DNA of 64,000 nt. It comes from Candidatus Bathyarchaeia archaeon (GTDB lineage: Archaea > Thermoproteota > Bathyarchaeia > Bathyarchaeales > Bathycorpusculaceae). Every line of letters starts with the position of its first letter. Within the stretch, counting starts at the first letter, position 1. This document shows positions 1 through 9,333 of the stretch, one piece after another. A program made the translations under genes and the position numbers. The stretch spans positions 32,001 through 96,000 of the forward strand of contig JBEKWR010000003.1 in assembly GCA_049512935.1 (NCBI GenBank). Direction: 5' to 3'. The notes under the pieces are model-generated. The model was not told where the DNA came from. It saw nothing but the letters and a program-made list of their open reading frames with translations, and did no database searches.

Positions 1-633
1 AGCATAGGCGTCTACTCGCTGGCAACCGAGAACATAGTGATAATTCCGCGGATGGTTCCTAAGGAAAAAGCTCAAGAAGTCGCCGATTGGCTAAACGCCA
101 AACTCGTCTACACATCCATCGGCGGCTCAGTGCTGGCGGGCGCACTGGCATGCGCAAACTCAAACGGGATGCTGCTTCCCAGCTACGCCCGAGACGAAGA
201 ACTGGCAGACATCAAAACAGCCTTCAAAGGCAACATCACAATAATGGAAACCAAAAAGACGGCTTACGGCAACTTGGTCTTAGCCAACGACAAAGGGGCG
301 GTGATTGATCCACGCATCAAAACACCTGACATAAAAAAAATCAGCGAAACCCTCGGCGTCGAAGTTGTGCCCACTGAGATAGCTGGCTTACCGTACGTTG
401 GCTCTTTAGCCGTGGCAACCAACAAAGGCGTGCTTGCTCACCCGCTGCTGAAGGATGAGGAACGACGGGTTTTGGAAGACGTTTTTAAGGTTCCAGTTGA
501 CGTTGGCACAGTTAACTGCGGCGTCCCATATGTTGGGACAGGTTTGATTGCTAACTCACACGCTGCAGTGGCTGGCTCCATGACGACGGGACCCGAGATG
601 TTCATAATCGAGCATGCCTTAGGAACCCTATGA
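1..633 (+). CDS. eif6: Translation initiation factor 6 (5'-truncated by window edge)
   Basis: Open frame from position 1 (SIGVYSLATEN...); eIF6 repeats ANSNGMLLP, GNLVLANDKG, GTVNCG, GSMTTGPE; precedes rpl18a-pfdA-ftsY as in archaea. Confidence 0.95.
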   Translation, partial: SIGVYSLATENIVIIPRMVPKEKAQEVADWLNAKLVYTSIGGSVLAGALACANSNGMLLPSYARDEELADIKTAFKGNITIMETKKTAYGNLVLANDKGAVIDPRIKTPDIKKISETLGVEVVPTEIAGLPYVGSLAVATNKGVLAHPLLKDEERRVLEDVFKVPVDVGTVNCGVPYVGTGLIANSHAAVAGSMTTGPEMFIIEHALGTL

Positions 634-772
634 GATGAAACGCGAGAAATTGCCTAAGCTTTAGCCTTGTTCCTTGTGTCTCCGAAATTGAACAGCCTCT
701 ATTCATAGCGCGGTTTTTCCGTGAAACGTTTATTATTGGGAATGCGCTGGATGATGTGCGGAAAGATGAAAA

Positions 773-1000
773 ATGAAGGCTTTCAGAGTTACCGGCGAAA
801 TCAACAAGCCGAATTTAGCAACTCCATTCGTAAAGGAAGTGTTAGCTGACAAAGGTGAACATGCGGTGGAGAAGGTTTACGCGGAGATAGGCAGTAAGCA
901 CCGCGTTAAAAGGTGTCACATCAAAATCAGCGACGTTAAAGAAATCAGCGCTGACGAGATTGCGAATCCCATTCTTAAGAAGATAGTTATGGAGCTGTAG
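773..1000 (+). CDS. rpl18a: 50S ribosomal protein L18a/LX (eL20)
   Basis: MKAFRVTG...AVEKVYAEIGSKHRVKR motif; conserved context. Confidence 0.93.
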   Translation: MKAFRVTGEINKPNLATPFVKEVLADKGEHAVEKVYAEIGSKHRVKRCHIKISDVKEISADEIANPILKKIVMEL

Positions 1001-1012
1001 GAGAATAAGCGT

Positions 1013-1453
1013 TTGGCGCAAGCGGATAAGTCAGAGGAAGAGCTTCGAAAGCTCAGCGTTGAGATGCGGTATCTGGAGCAGACCGCGGATACCCTGCAGC
1101 AGCGCATCAGCATGGTGAACGCCGCTATAACGGATTTAACTTATGCCAACATGACTTTGGATGGAATCGAAAAGGAAAAGGAAAATGCTGAGCTTCTGGT
1201 TCCCATCGGCGGGAACTCTTACGTTAAGGCTAAAATTGCCGACACAAACAAGGTCATCGTCGGAATGGGCGCAGGCGTTTCCGTGGAGAAAACCTTGCCT
1301 GAAGCCAGAGTGACCCTTAAAGAGCGGCTGGATGATTTGGAAAAAACCATGAATGTGGCTCAGCAGCAGTTTGCCCAAGTTGCGGAGAGGATTAACTCGG
1401 GCAGAGGCAGGCTAGAAACTCTGCTCTCGTCAGCTAGAGAAGGGAAACCTTGA
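1013..1453 (+). CDS. pfdA: Prefoldin alpha subunit
   Basis: Coiled coils flanking LLVPIGGNSYVKA...VIVGMGAGVSVEK hairpins. Confidence 0.95.
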   Translation: MAQADKSEEELRKLSVEMRYLEQTADTLQQRISMVNAAITDLTYANMTLDGIEKEKENAELLVPIGGNSYVKAKIADTNKVIVGMGAGVSVEKTLPEARVTLKERLDDLEKTMNVAQQQFAQVAERINSGRGRLETLLSSAREGKP

Positions 1454-1457
1454 AGCG

Positions 1458-2363
1458 ATGTTTGAGAAACTCAAGTCGGGTTTTAAAGGCTTAGTCAACA
1501 AGGTAACCACGACAGAGTTTAAACCAGAAAACTTAACACCCATCTTATCAGACTTCAAGATGAGCCTGTGCCAGAACGACGTTGCTTTTCCAGTCGCCGA
1601 CAAAATCGGCGACGACCTTGAAAAACGCTTGGTCGGAGTCCAAGTGAAACGTCTGGATGACCGGAAAAAAATCGTTGAGGAAAACCTGAGGCAGGTTCTT
1701 TTGGAAGTCATGCTAACCAACGTCAGGCTTGACCTGCTGAAGCTGGCTGAGGAGAAACGCAAGAAAAACGAGCCGTTTGTCCTGATGTTCGTGGGCATCA
1801 ACGGCACGGGAAAAACCACTACCATCGCCAAGGTGGCGAAGTTCTTTAACGACAAACGGTACACTGTTGTTCTTGCAGGCGCAGACACTTACCGCGCTGG
1901 CTCAATAGAGCAGTTGGAGGAGCACGCCAAACGTTTAGGAATGCGCATAATCAAGAGCAACTACGGCGGCGACCCTGCGGCGGTCGCATACGACGCTGTC
2001 AACCATGCTAAGGCTCACGGAATCAACGTCGTCTTAATCGACACGGCAGGCAGAATGCAGACTAACCAGAACCTGATGAACGAACTCATCAAAGTCAAAC
2101 GCGTCGTCTGTCCCGACTTAACAATTTTAACCGTGGATTCACTTATTGGCAACGACGCGGTTATGCAGGCGGAGGAATTCAACAAGGCTGTCGGGATTGA
2201 CGCTACAATTTTGACGAAGGTGGATGCTGACGTAAAAGGCGGCTCAGCGCTCAGCGTAACGTACGTTACTCAGAAGCCGATACTCTTCATTGGCGTAGGC
2301 CAAACGTACAAGGATTTGGAGTTGTTCAACCCTGAGAAATTCGTTAACATGATGCTTAGGTAA
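1458..2363 (+). CDS. ftsY: SRP receptor GTPase FtsY
   Basis: GINGTGKTTT, DTYRAG, DTAGR, TKVDADVKGG, GVGQ motifs. Confidence 0.97.
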   Translation: MFEKLKSGFKGLVNKVTTTEFKPENLTPILSDFKMSLCQNDVAFPVADKIGDDLEKRLVGVQVKRLDDRKKIVEENLRQVLLEVMLTNVRLDLLKLAEEKRKKNEPFVLMFVGINGTGKTTTIAKVAKFFNDKRYTVVLAGADTYRAGSIEQLEEHAKRLGMRIIKSNYGGDPAAVAYDAVNHAKAHGINVVLIDTAGRMQTNQNLMNELIKVKRVVCPDLTILTVDSLIGNDAVMQAEEFNKAVGIDATILTKVDADVKGGSALSVTYVTQKPILFIGVGQTYKDLELFNPEKFVNMMLR

Positions 2364-2366
2364 CGC

Positions 2367-2726
2367 TTATGGCTCTTCCATTTCGATCAGTTCGAAACGG
2401 ATTTTGCTCGGGTAAATCCAGTAGGCTTTGATGAAGTCCTCAATGCTTTGGTCGATGTCTACGGCTTCAAAGAAGTTGATGAAGTCCGCCTCAACGCCCT
2501 CTATGTTCTTCGCCGTGTACACTCTTAAATCAACCAAATATTCCTTGTCAACGCCTAGCTCGCGCATCGAAATCATGTCTGGCACTTCAACAGCGAACAT
2601 CAAGTTGGTTAAAACGTCTAAAACAGCAACCTTACGGACGGCTTCATTTTTTGTTTTCACAGCAATTAACCTTTTTTCAAAAACCCTGAAGTTCCAGCCA
2701 CTTTCAATGTCTAAAGAAGCTGACAT
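2367..2726 (-). CDS. Hypothetical protein
   Basis: 119-aa ATG ORF with globular composition; AT-rich promoter-like region upstream; no family recognised. Confidence 0.7.
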   Translation of the reverse strand: MSASLDIESGWNFRVFEKRLIAVKTKNEAVRKVAVLDVLTNLMFAVEVPDMISMRELGVDKEYLVDLRVYTAKNIEGVEADFINFFEAVDIDQSIEDFIKAYWIYPSKIRFELIEMEEP

Positions 2727-2853
2727 AAACTCACAGTTGAACTATTAGATGCTTTCACCTTAAAAAACTTGAAGAAACCCCACTATTTAGTTTCTATAGA
2801 TTATTTGTGAAACTATTAAGAGCCTAAAAAAAGATTGTTTGTTTGCCGAAGAA

Positions 2854-2997
2854 CAATGCGTAGCCAATCGGGAAAACCAAAGCTTCGGCGAATCAGCGTT
2901 TAGCAAGCACCCCAGTAATCCCCAAGAGGAATTCCCAATCTTGCCCACCCGCTTGTTGAACGTTAGATTCGCTGAGCTAATCGCTTTTGGCTGATTG
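2854..2997 (+). ncRNA. Candidate structured ncRNA (long stem, C-rich loop)
   Basis: 2881-2908 pairs with 2951-2978 (27 bp including 4 G-U, one bulge per side); outer stem 2861-2867/2987-2993; TATA-like TATTAAG near 2814-2820. Confidence 0.5.
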
Positions 2998-3027
2998 CTG
3001 ATTTTCAGGTCTAGAAATCGTGGCGGG

Positions 3028-3237
3028 CTATTTTGTTCGTTTCCATTTGGAGGGGTCGCTTAGGTTTTGAACTGGCGAATCGTCAGTGTAGCCCAAGGCT
3101 GTTTGGGTTTTTTGCTTGTATTTTTCCTCTGAGACTTTGGCTTTGCTTTCTTTGGCACTAAGCTCCACGCTTTCCTCAAGCTTGCGTATTGTCCTGCCGA
3201 TCCTGCGTTGACCCTTCGTTACCGTGCATCTTCCCAT
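3028..3237 (-). CDS. Small basic hypothetical protein
   Basis: 69-aa ATG ORF, Lys/Arg-rich, fills an otherwise empty gap. Confidence 0.55.
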   Translation of the reverse strand: MGRCTVTKGQRRIGRTIRKLEESVELSAKESKAKVSEEKYKQKTQTALGYTDDSPVQNLSDPSKWKRTK

Positions 3238-3296
3238 TTTTGGTCAAATGGTAACTAAACAGTTAAAGTTAAAAAACCCTTCCACACTAGTCTTGG

Positions 3297-3740
3297 ATGG
3301 TGAAGCTTTTTATGAAAACAAAAGTCAGAACTATAAAACAAAAAGTGGTTATTCCCGCTTCTCCCAAAGAAGTTTACGACGCATACGTTGACCCGAAGAA
3401 ACACGGCAAATTTACAGGAAGCAAAGCCACAGGCAAAGCGGTGGTGGGTGGCAAATTCACTGCTTGGGACGGATACATCTTTGGGAAGTACCTTGAGCTT
3501 GAAGATGGAAAACGTGTGGTTCAAGAGTGGACATCCACCGATTTCCCAGAAGGCAATGGTCCTTCAAGGTTAGAGTTATGTTTCAATAAGGTGCCTGAGG
3601 GAACAGAGCTTGTCATGGTGCACTCGGACGTTCCAGAAGAGCAAGCAGATGAAACTGCCGAGGGCTGGACAGAGTGGTACTGGAACCCGCTGAAGGAGTA
3701 TTTCAGCAGCCAACCTAAAACGAAGACAAAGCCTTCTTGA
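3297..3740 (+). CDS. SRPBCC/Aha1-like (START-fold) protein; probable start ATG 3312
   Basis: IPASPKEVYDAY...GGKFTAWDG...VVQEW...GWTEWYWNPLKEY. Confidence 0.88.
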   Translation: MVKLFMKTKVRTIKQKVVIPASPKEVYDAYVDPKKHGKFTGSKATGKAVVGGKFTAWDGYIFGKYLELEDGKRVVQEWTSTDFPEGNGPSRLELCFNKVPEGTELVMVHSDVPEEQADETAEGWTEWYWNPLKEYFSSQPKTKTKPS

Positions 3741-3858
3741 AGAGAAAACGGCAATTAATGCGGATTCGAGGACGGAAGCGTCGGCAAGCAACCGAAAAGC
3801 ACCCCGCTAAGGCTTGACGCTGAAAAAGAGTTTTAAATGTGAATAGCCAAAGGTTTGG

Positions 3859-4578
3859 TTGGGTGCTCCTGTGACTAACGCGTTGTACCTTGTTGACAGT
3901 TACCTTAAAGAAGCCGACGCAAAAGTGGTCTCAGTCAAAGACGGCAAATACGTGGTTTTAGACCGAACAATCTTCTACCCGAATGGGGGCGGACAACCGT
4001 TTGACTGTGGAAAAATCGTTAGGGCTGGTGAAGATTTTGGCGTGGTCTACGTCGGCAAGTTTTCAGGAGAGATTTCCCACGAAGTCGACCATGTGGGTCT
4101 CCAACCAGGCGACAAGGTTCACTTGGTTTTGAACTGGGATAGAAGATACAAGCTTATGCGCAGCCACACTGCCGCCCATGTTGTTGCTTCACTGCTCAAT
4201 CAGGGCACAGGTGCTCTTATCACGGGCAACCAGCTTGACGTGGAACATATTCGATTTGACTTCAGCTTGGAAACGTTTGACCGACAAGTCTTGGAAGAAT
4301 ACCTGAAGAAGGCTAACAAGCTATTCGGCACCGACGTGCCTGTGAAATGGTATGAATTGCCCAGAGAGGAGGCGATGAAGATTCCCGGCGTTGTCAAGAT
4401 GGCAGGCGCGTTTCCACCAGACATTCCATTGCTAAGAATCGTGGAAATCGTGGGCGTCGACAAACAAGCAGATGGAGGCACGCACGTTAGAAACCTAAGG
4501 GAAGTCGGGCAAGTTCAGCTTTTAAAGACAGAAAACAAGGGAAAGAACAACAGGCGCATCTACTTTAAGCTGAACTAA
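3859..4578 (+). CDS. alaX: Alanyl-tRNA editing protein AlaX
   Basis: TIFYPNGGGQPFD, HTAAH and DGGTHV zinc-binding motifs. Confidence 0.93.
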   Translation: MGAPVTNALYLVDSYLKEADAKVVSVKDGKYVVLDRTIFYPNGGGQPFDCGKIVRAGEDFGVVYVGKFSGEISHEVDHVGLQPGDKVHLVLNWDRRYKLMRSHTAAHVVASLLNQGTGALITGNQLDVEHIRFDFSLETFDRQVLEEYLKKANKLFGTDVPVKWYELPREEAMKIPGVVKMAGAFPPDIPLLRIVEIVGVDKQADGGTHVRNLREVGQVQLLKTENKGKNNRRIYFKLN

Positions 4579-4614
4579 AAATTAAAAAAAAGAAAAAGCC
4601 TTAGATTTGAATTT

Positions 4615-6099
4615 CTAAGGTGATACTTCGTCGAGTCTTTTGTTGGCTGTTTTCGGTCCGAACTGGGCGATGATTGCGGAGATTATCTGGAACATCGATA
4701 TAATCACGAACAGTATGAGAATCGACTCAACCGAGCCAGATTTCAGAGTTGTAAGTAATGCTCCGACTATTATGAGTCCGATGCCTCCGCCTAGATGTCC
4801 CAAGCCGTCTGCCATCGCGAATCCAGTTGCTCTTGCACGCGTCGGGAAGCTTTCAGTGACCCACGTGTAAGTTATCGGAACAAAGAAGTCCATGCCGATG
4901 AAGATTAGCAATGCGCCTATGGATGCGAGTGCCAGGTTGCTGACGCCGAAGGCGATTAGTATGCCGCCTACGAATGTGATGGCCGCGGAAATGGGTAGCC
5001 ACCTTTTTCGTTCCATTTTGTCTCCGAGGAAAGAAGCCATGACACCTGCCACGACGAATCCGAAGATGCCTAGCGCGACGACCATGCCGTTTTCGGGGAA
5101 GCCAAATCCTGCGCCTGCAAGAATCGATGACAGGCCTGCCGCGTTAATGTAGACGGTCATGTATCCGAAGAACCACACGAAAAACAGCAGGATTGTTCGG
5201 TTGCGGTACATTTTGTTTTTGAGTATTTCCGTGTATGGAACTGGCTGTGGCTTCTGAACGATTGGAATTGACTCGGGTAAGGGTGGCAGCTCTTCCATAG
5301 ATTCCAAGGCGCGTGCTTCCATTTCCGACACAATTCTGTCGGCTTCTTTGGGACGACCATGCGTTATGAGCCAACGCGTTGACTCGGGCAAACCAAACCT
5401 GAGTAGCACGCCTACCAGCGCGAGGACGCCGCCTATCCCGTACATTACTCGCCAGCCGTTTGTGGCTAAGAATGTTCCAGCGTTCGCAAGCGCAAATGGA
5501 AGACCGTTGGGAAACGCGGTGGCCGGCGTAGTTAATATGAGGCCAACCCAAACCGCTAGAACGGTTCCGATTCCGGCTAGGACGAATAGGAAGGATGTGT
5601 ATTTTGCTCTGCCGTTCTTAGGAGCTACTTCATTAATGTACGAGTTGACGATGGCGAGGTCAGCACCAACACCTATGCCAGTAACGAATCTTGCCAGAGC
5701 GAATTCCCAATAATTTGTGACGACCGCGTTGAAAAGGGAGCCAATTCCCGTTATCAAAAGAGTTACTATTAGCATTTCTCTTCTTCCGAACCTGTCGGAA
5801 AATGGGCTGAGCGCCAAAGCGCCGATCACGTAGCCGATGAGATTCAAAAGAACAACTAACCCCTCAAGGCTTGTCACTGCTGAAGAAGTAGGCGACGTCA
5901 CCCAGCCAAGCGTCATGGCGGTCTGAATGAAAGACACGTTGATGTTGAAAATATCGAAGAAGATAAAGATGTATCCTATTCCCAGTATGCCCATGAAAAG
6001 GTAAGAGAGCGCCCAGATGGGAATCCTGTCTTGCCGCGCGATTATTTTTGCGCCGTCTATTTCTTCTTGAGTAGGCGCATTAGGCAATGCGTCAGCCAT
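4615..6099 (-). CDS. MFS transporter (sugar-porter/aromatic acid-like)
   Basis: About 12 TM segments; SDRFGRR, PESTRWL, ESFPTRARA motifs. Confidence 0.92.
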   Translation of the reverse strand: MADALPNAPTQEEIDGAKIIARQDRIPIWALSYLFMGILGIGYIFIFFDIFNINVSFIQTAMTLGWVTSPTSSAVTSLEGLVVLLNLIGYVIGALALSPFSDRFGRREMLIVTLLITGIGSLFNAVVTNYWEFALARFVTGIGVGADLAIVNSYINEVAPKNGRAKYTSFLFVLAGIGTVLAVWVGLILTTPATAFPNGLPFALANAGTFLATNGWRVMYGIGGVLALVGVLLRFGLPESTRWLITHGRPKEADRIVSEMEARALESMEELPPLPESIPIVQKPQPVPYTEILKNKMYRNRTILLFFVWFFGYMTVYINAAGLSSILAGAGFGFPENGMVVALGIFGFVVAGVMASFLGDKMERKRWLPISAAITFVGGILIAFGVSNLALASIGALLIFIGMDFFVPITYTWVTESFPTRARATGFAMADGLGHLGGGIGLIIVGALLTTLKSGSVESILILFVIISMFQIISAIIAQFGPKTANKRLDEVSP

Positions 6100-6210
6100 T
6101 TAGCTTGCCCCTCCAGACGATGCGGTTAGGCGATTCTTGTTCGAAAGTAGCGGAAAAGCAACCTGTTGGGCTAAGCCATCCCTGCTCGGATAGTTTATTT
6201 GATACAACAT
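6100..6210 (-). CDS. Candidate 36-aa upstream ORF abutting the MFS start
   Basis: ATG at 6210, MLYQINYPSRDGLAQQVAFPLLSNKNRLTASSGGAS*, TAA directly followed by the MFS ATG. Confidence 0.3.
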   Translation of the reverse strand: MLYQINYPSRDGLAQQVAFPLLSNKNRLTASSGGAS

Positions 6211-6261
6211 GATTCCAAAATTATTGTATTAATCAATATATAAGATTAACCCATTGACAGG

Positions 6262-6276
6262 TGTCTAGGCTAGACA
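6262..6276. promoter_or_regulatory. Palindromic operator upstream of the MFS promoter
   Basis: TGTCTAG-G-CTAGACA perfect 7-1-7 inverted repeat about 20 bp upstream of a TATA-like TTATATATT on the minus strand. Confidence 0.5.
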
Positions 6277-6354
6277 GCGCATGATTAATTCGAGCGAGAT
6301 TTAGCAGCTGGGCTGATTTTCTTGAATTTGCCATCGACGTAGAATTCACGGTTT

Positions 6355-7362
6355 TTAGATCCAGCCTTTTCTTCGGAAGACGCTGATCAGCCCTACTGCA
6401 ATGCTGATCATCACCGCAATCATGACCCAGAACCCGTCTATGCTGTTGCTTCCAGGCAGGAAGAATCCGCGTCCAAAGTCGGTTCCGTAAATGCCCGCTA
6501 TCAACGTTAGCGGTAGAAATATGGCTGAAATGATGGTGAGTACCCTGATTATGTTGTTGGTTGTCAACGTTTGAGCGTTAATGATGATGTCGACGATGTC
6601 TTGGATTTCTTCACGGTGAGTATCTACAACCTCGATCAGCGAGATTATTCTGTCGTATAGGTCTTCAAAGCGCGGCAGGGTGACGCTTGAAACAATGGCA
6701 AACTCGCCCCTCGCAGCTCTTCCCACAACCTCGCGGAGCGGCCCAATTGACTGCCTAAGAGCTAACACTTGCTCTCTCGACTTAGCAACTTCCAACCCGA
6801 GAGACCTGTTGGAATCCTTTGGTCTTTGCCTAAAGCGGCTTCCAGCTTCCTGGCTTAAACCCACAAGTTTTTCATGAACCAAGTCGGAAACCAAGAAGCA
6901 CTCGTTCAGAATTAAATCCAGAAAGATGTAAAGTAAAATGTCAGTGGAAGGCGTTAGAGAAAGGGCAAAGTAGCCGTGGGTGCTGATTTTCTTGTAGATT
7001 TCGCAGGTTATGTTAGAATGCCCCTTGTGAACCGAGACCATCCACCTGTCGCTGACCATTAAGGCAACCCATTTTGCTTTTGTTTCTGTAATGAATTGTT
7101 CGCTGCTGGGGAAACTGACAAAACAAGAGACGCGGTCTTCAATTTCCTCTATCTTTGATCGTAAGCCAGCTTCATCGAAGTCCTTTAGGTTGAAGTTTTC
7201 CAACGGAAAGTAACCTTTTAACTGTGCGATTTCAGCTTCGGTAGGGTCTTCAGCGTCAACCCAGAGGATAGAGTCTTCGCTGATTCTACTGGGCAGGGTT
7301 TCCAAGTTGTCTGAGCGCCATTGCCCGCCTTCGAACTTCCTAAGCTGAGTGACGGTTAACAC
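6355..7362 (-). CDS. corA: CorA-family Mg2+/Co2+ transporter
   Basis: WVDAEDPT, C-terminal LTIISAIFLPLTLIAGIYG + 2 TM + RRKGWI; signature GMN is GTD here. Confidence 0.9.
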   Translation of the reverse strand: MLTVTQLRKFEGGQWRSDNLETLPSRISEDSILWVDAEDPTEAEIAQLKGYFPLENFNLKDFDEAGLRSKIEEIEDRVSCFVSFPSSEQFITETKAKWVALMVSDRWMVSVHKGHSNITCEIYKKISTHGYFALSLTPSTDILLYIFLDLILNECFLVSDLVHEKLVGLSQEAGSRFRQRPKDSNRSLGLEVAKSREQVLALRQSIGPLREVVGRAARGEFAIVSSVTLPRFEDLYDRIISLIEVVDTHREEIQDIVDIIINAQTLTTNNIIRVLTIISAIFLPLTLIAGIYGTDFGRGFFLPGSNSIDGFWVMIAVMISIAVGLISVFRRKGWI

Positions 7363-7659
7363 TTTTCGTCTGTTGCTCCGTTTAATATTCTGGGGAACTT
7401 GTTTCTAAACTTATTCAGTGCTGTCCGCTTATTTTAAGAAATTGCCACGGTTCCAACCCGGCTTGACATCTTCACCTTGTGAACACCTATGGGCGGCATC
7501 AAAGATTTTGAAAGCCACCGATGTGTTCATCCCAGTTAAAATGAAGAGAGAAATTAGATTTGGGTTTGTTTTGGGAAAAATGGGTTAAGTAGGAGCGGTA
7601 GGGTTTATCTGTTAAGTGAGGATTAGCATGGCAGGAATCGGAACTGGAGGCAAGTAGGG

Positions 7660-9249
7660 CTGGCTGGCAAAGCTAATGAAATCGCTAAGGTTTCTGCAAG
7701 GGGTGGTTTTCACCTCTTCTGGGGCATTGTCTTATCGACCGTTGTCTTAGCGGTCGGCATGATTGTTTTAGCCAGAATCCTTCAGCCGCAGCAGTACGGT
7801 TTGTACACGATTGCGTTGGCAGCGCCAAACTTGATTGGCACGTTCCGCGATTGGGCCATGAACTCAGCCATGATCAAGTACTCTGCGCAGTACAGCGCTG
7901 AGGAAAAACCAGAGCGGGTGCGAAGCATTCTCATGGCAGGTTTAATTTTTGAGCTAATTTTAGGTCTGACGCTTACTTTTGTGTCGTTTCTGCTTTCAGG
8001 TTTCATTGCGGAAGACATTTTTAAGAGACCCATAACCGCCTTGATTCAAATATCGTCAATCAGCATATTGGCGAATGCTTTCCTGAACGCCGCTACAGCG
8101 ACTTTTACAGGCAGAGAACAGATGAAACCCAACAGCTTCACGCTCGTGTTGGGCGCTCTGTTTCGCTCGATTTTATGTCCAGTGCTCGTGTACGTGGGTT
8201 TCGGCGTTTCAGGCGCCGTTGTAGGTTACGCGGCGGGCAGTCTTGGCGGAGGCTTAGTTGGTTTCATCTTAATGATGGCTATCTATCGAAGCCTAAGGCA
8301 GAAGCCGGGTTTGGCGGAAAACTTGAAAATTTGGGAAACTATGAAGTTCATGTTCCGATATGCCCTGCCTCTGTCTTTCTCCAGCATCTTCAACAGTTTC
8401 CTCATTCAGTTTTACAATTTTATAATAGCCATCTACGCCTCAAACTTCCTCATAGGCAACTACGCTGTGGCTAACAACTTCACCGTTCTGCTCACTTTTT
8501 TTGCGACGCCCATAACAACCATGCTTTTTCCCGCCTTCTCAAAGCTGGACGCTCAACATGACAGAGAGACGTTGCAGATTATTTTTAAAAGTTCAATAAA
8601 GTATTCTTCGCTGCTTGTGATTCCTCCAACCGTGGCTGTAATGGCTTTGGCTCACCCCTTGGTTTCCGCTCTGTTCGGCGACAAGTACGCGTCCGCTCCC
8701 ATGTTTCTTGCCCTGCTCGCCATCAATTATCTGTTTACTGCTTTCGGACAGTTAAGCACGCTGAACCTTATCAGCGGTCAAGGGAAAACGAGGTTTTACT
8801 TTGAGCTCTTTGTCATTAACACGGCGTGGGGGATTGTCTTGGCGGTTCTGCTTGTTCCAACCTTCGGTGTGGTGGGGCTGATTATAACAACTATTTTCGA
8901 CGGGGTTCCAGGGCTCGCCATATCCCTTGAGTGGATCAAGAGGAATTACGGCGCGAGCGTGGATTGGGTTTCCTCAGCGAAGATACTGTTTTCCTCTTCC
9001 ATGTCGGGAGTAGTAACGTATGTCTTCCTTTCATTCGTGAGTTTAAGCAGTTGGCCCAAGTTAATACTTGGAGTTATAGTCTTTTTCGTGCTGCTGTTTT
9101 TAAGCCTGGTCTCTACCCGAACGTTTAGAAAACCCGACGTCGACAACCTCCGAACCATGACCAGCGGCTTGGGCCCGATAAGCGGCATAATCAACAAGGT
9201 TCTAGACGCTGTGGAAAGACTCGTGAACATATTGCTCTCAATTGCTTAG
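7660..9249 (+). CDS. Oligosaccharide/polysaccharide flippase (MOP/Wzx-like); likely CTG start
   Basis: Many TMs, LARILQPQQYGLY; frame open upstream of ATG 7759 to CTG 7660, preceded by GGAGG. Confidence 0.85.
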   Translation: MAGKANEIAKVSARGGFHLFWGIVLSTVVLAVGMIVLARILQPQQYGLYTIALAAPNLIGTFRDWAMNSAMIKYSAQYSAEEKPERVRSILMAGLIFELILGLTLTFVSFLLSGFIAEDIFKRPITALIQISSISILANAFLNAATATFTGREQMKPNSFTLVLGALFRSILCPVLVYVGFGVSGAVVGYAAGSLGGGLVGFILMMAIYRSLRQKPGLAENLKIWETMKFMFRYALPLSFSSIFNSFLIQFYNFIIAIYASNFLIGNYAVANNFTVLLTFFATPITTMLFPAFSKLDAQHDRETLQIIFKSSIKYSSLLVIPPTVAVMALAHPLVSALFGDKYASAPMFLALLAINYLFTAFGQLSTLNLISGQGKTRFYFELFVINTAWGIVLAVLLVPTFGVVGLIITTIFDGVPGLAISLEWIKRNYGASVDWVSSAKILFSSSMSGVVTYVFLSFVSLSSWPKLILGVIVFFVLLFLSLVSTRTFRKPDVDNLRTMTSGLGPISGIINKVLDAVERLVNILLSIA

Positions 9250-9333
9250 CTCGGAGGTCAAGGACTTTTGGCAAAATGGTTTCTGCTGGTTCCGTTAGAA
9301 TTGCATCTGGTCAAATGGTGTTTCGAAGTTTTG

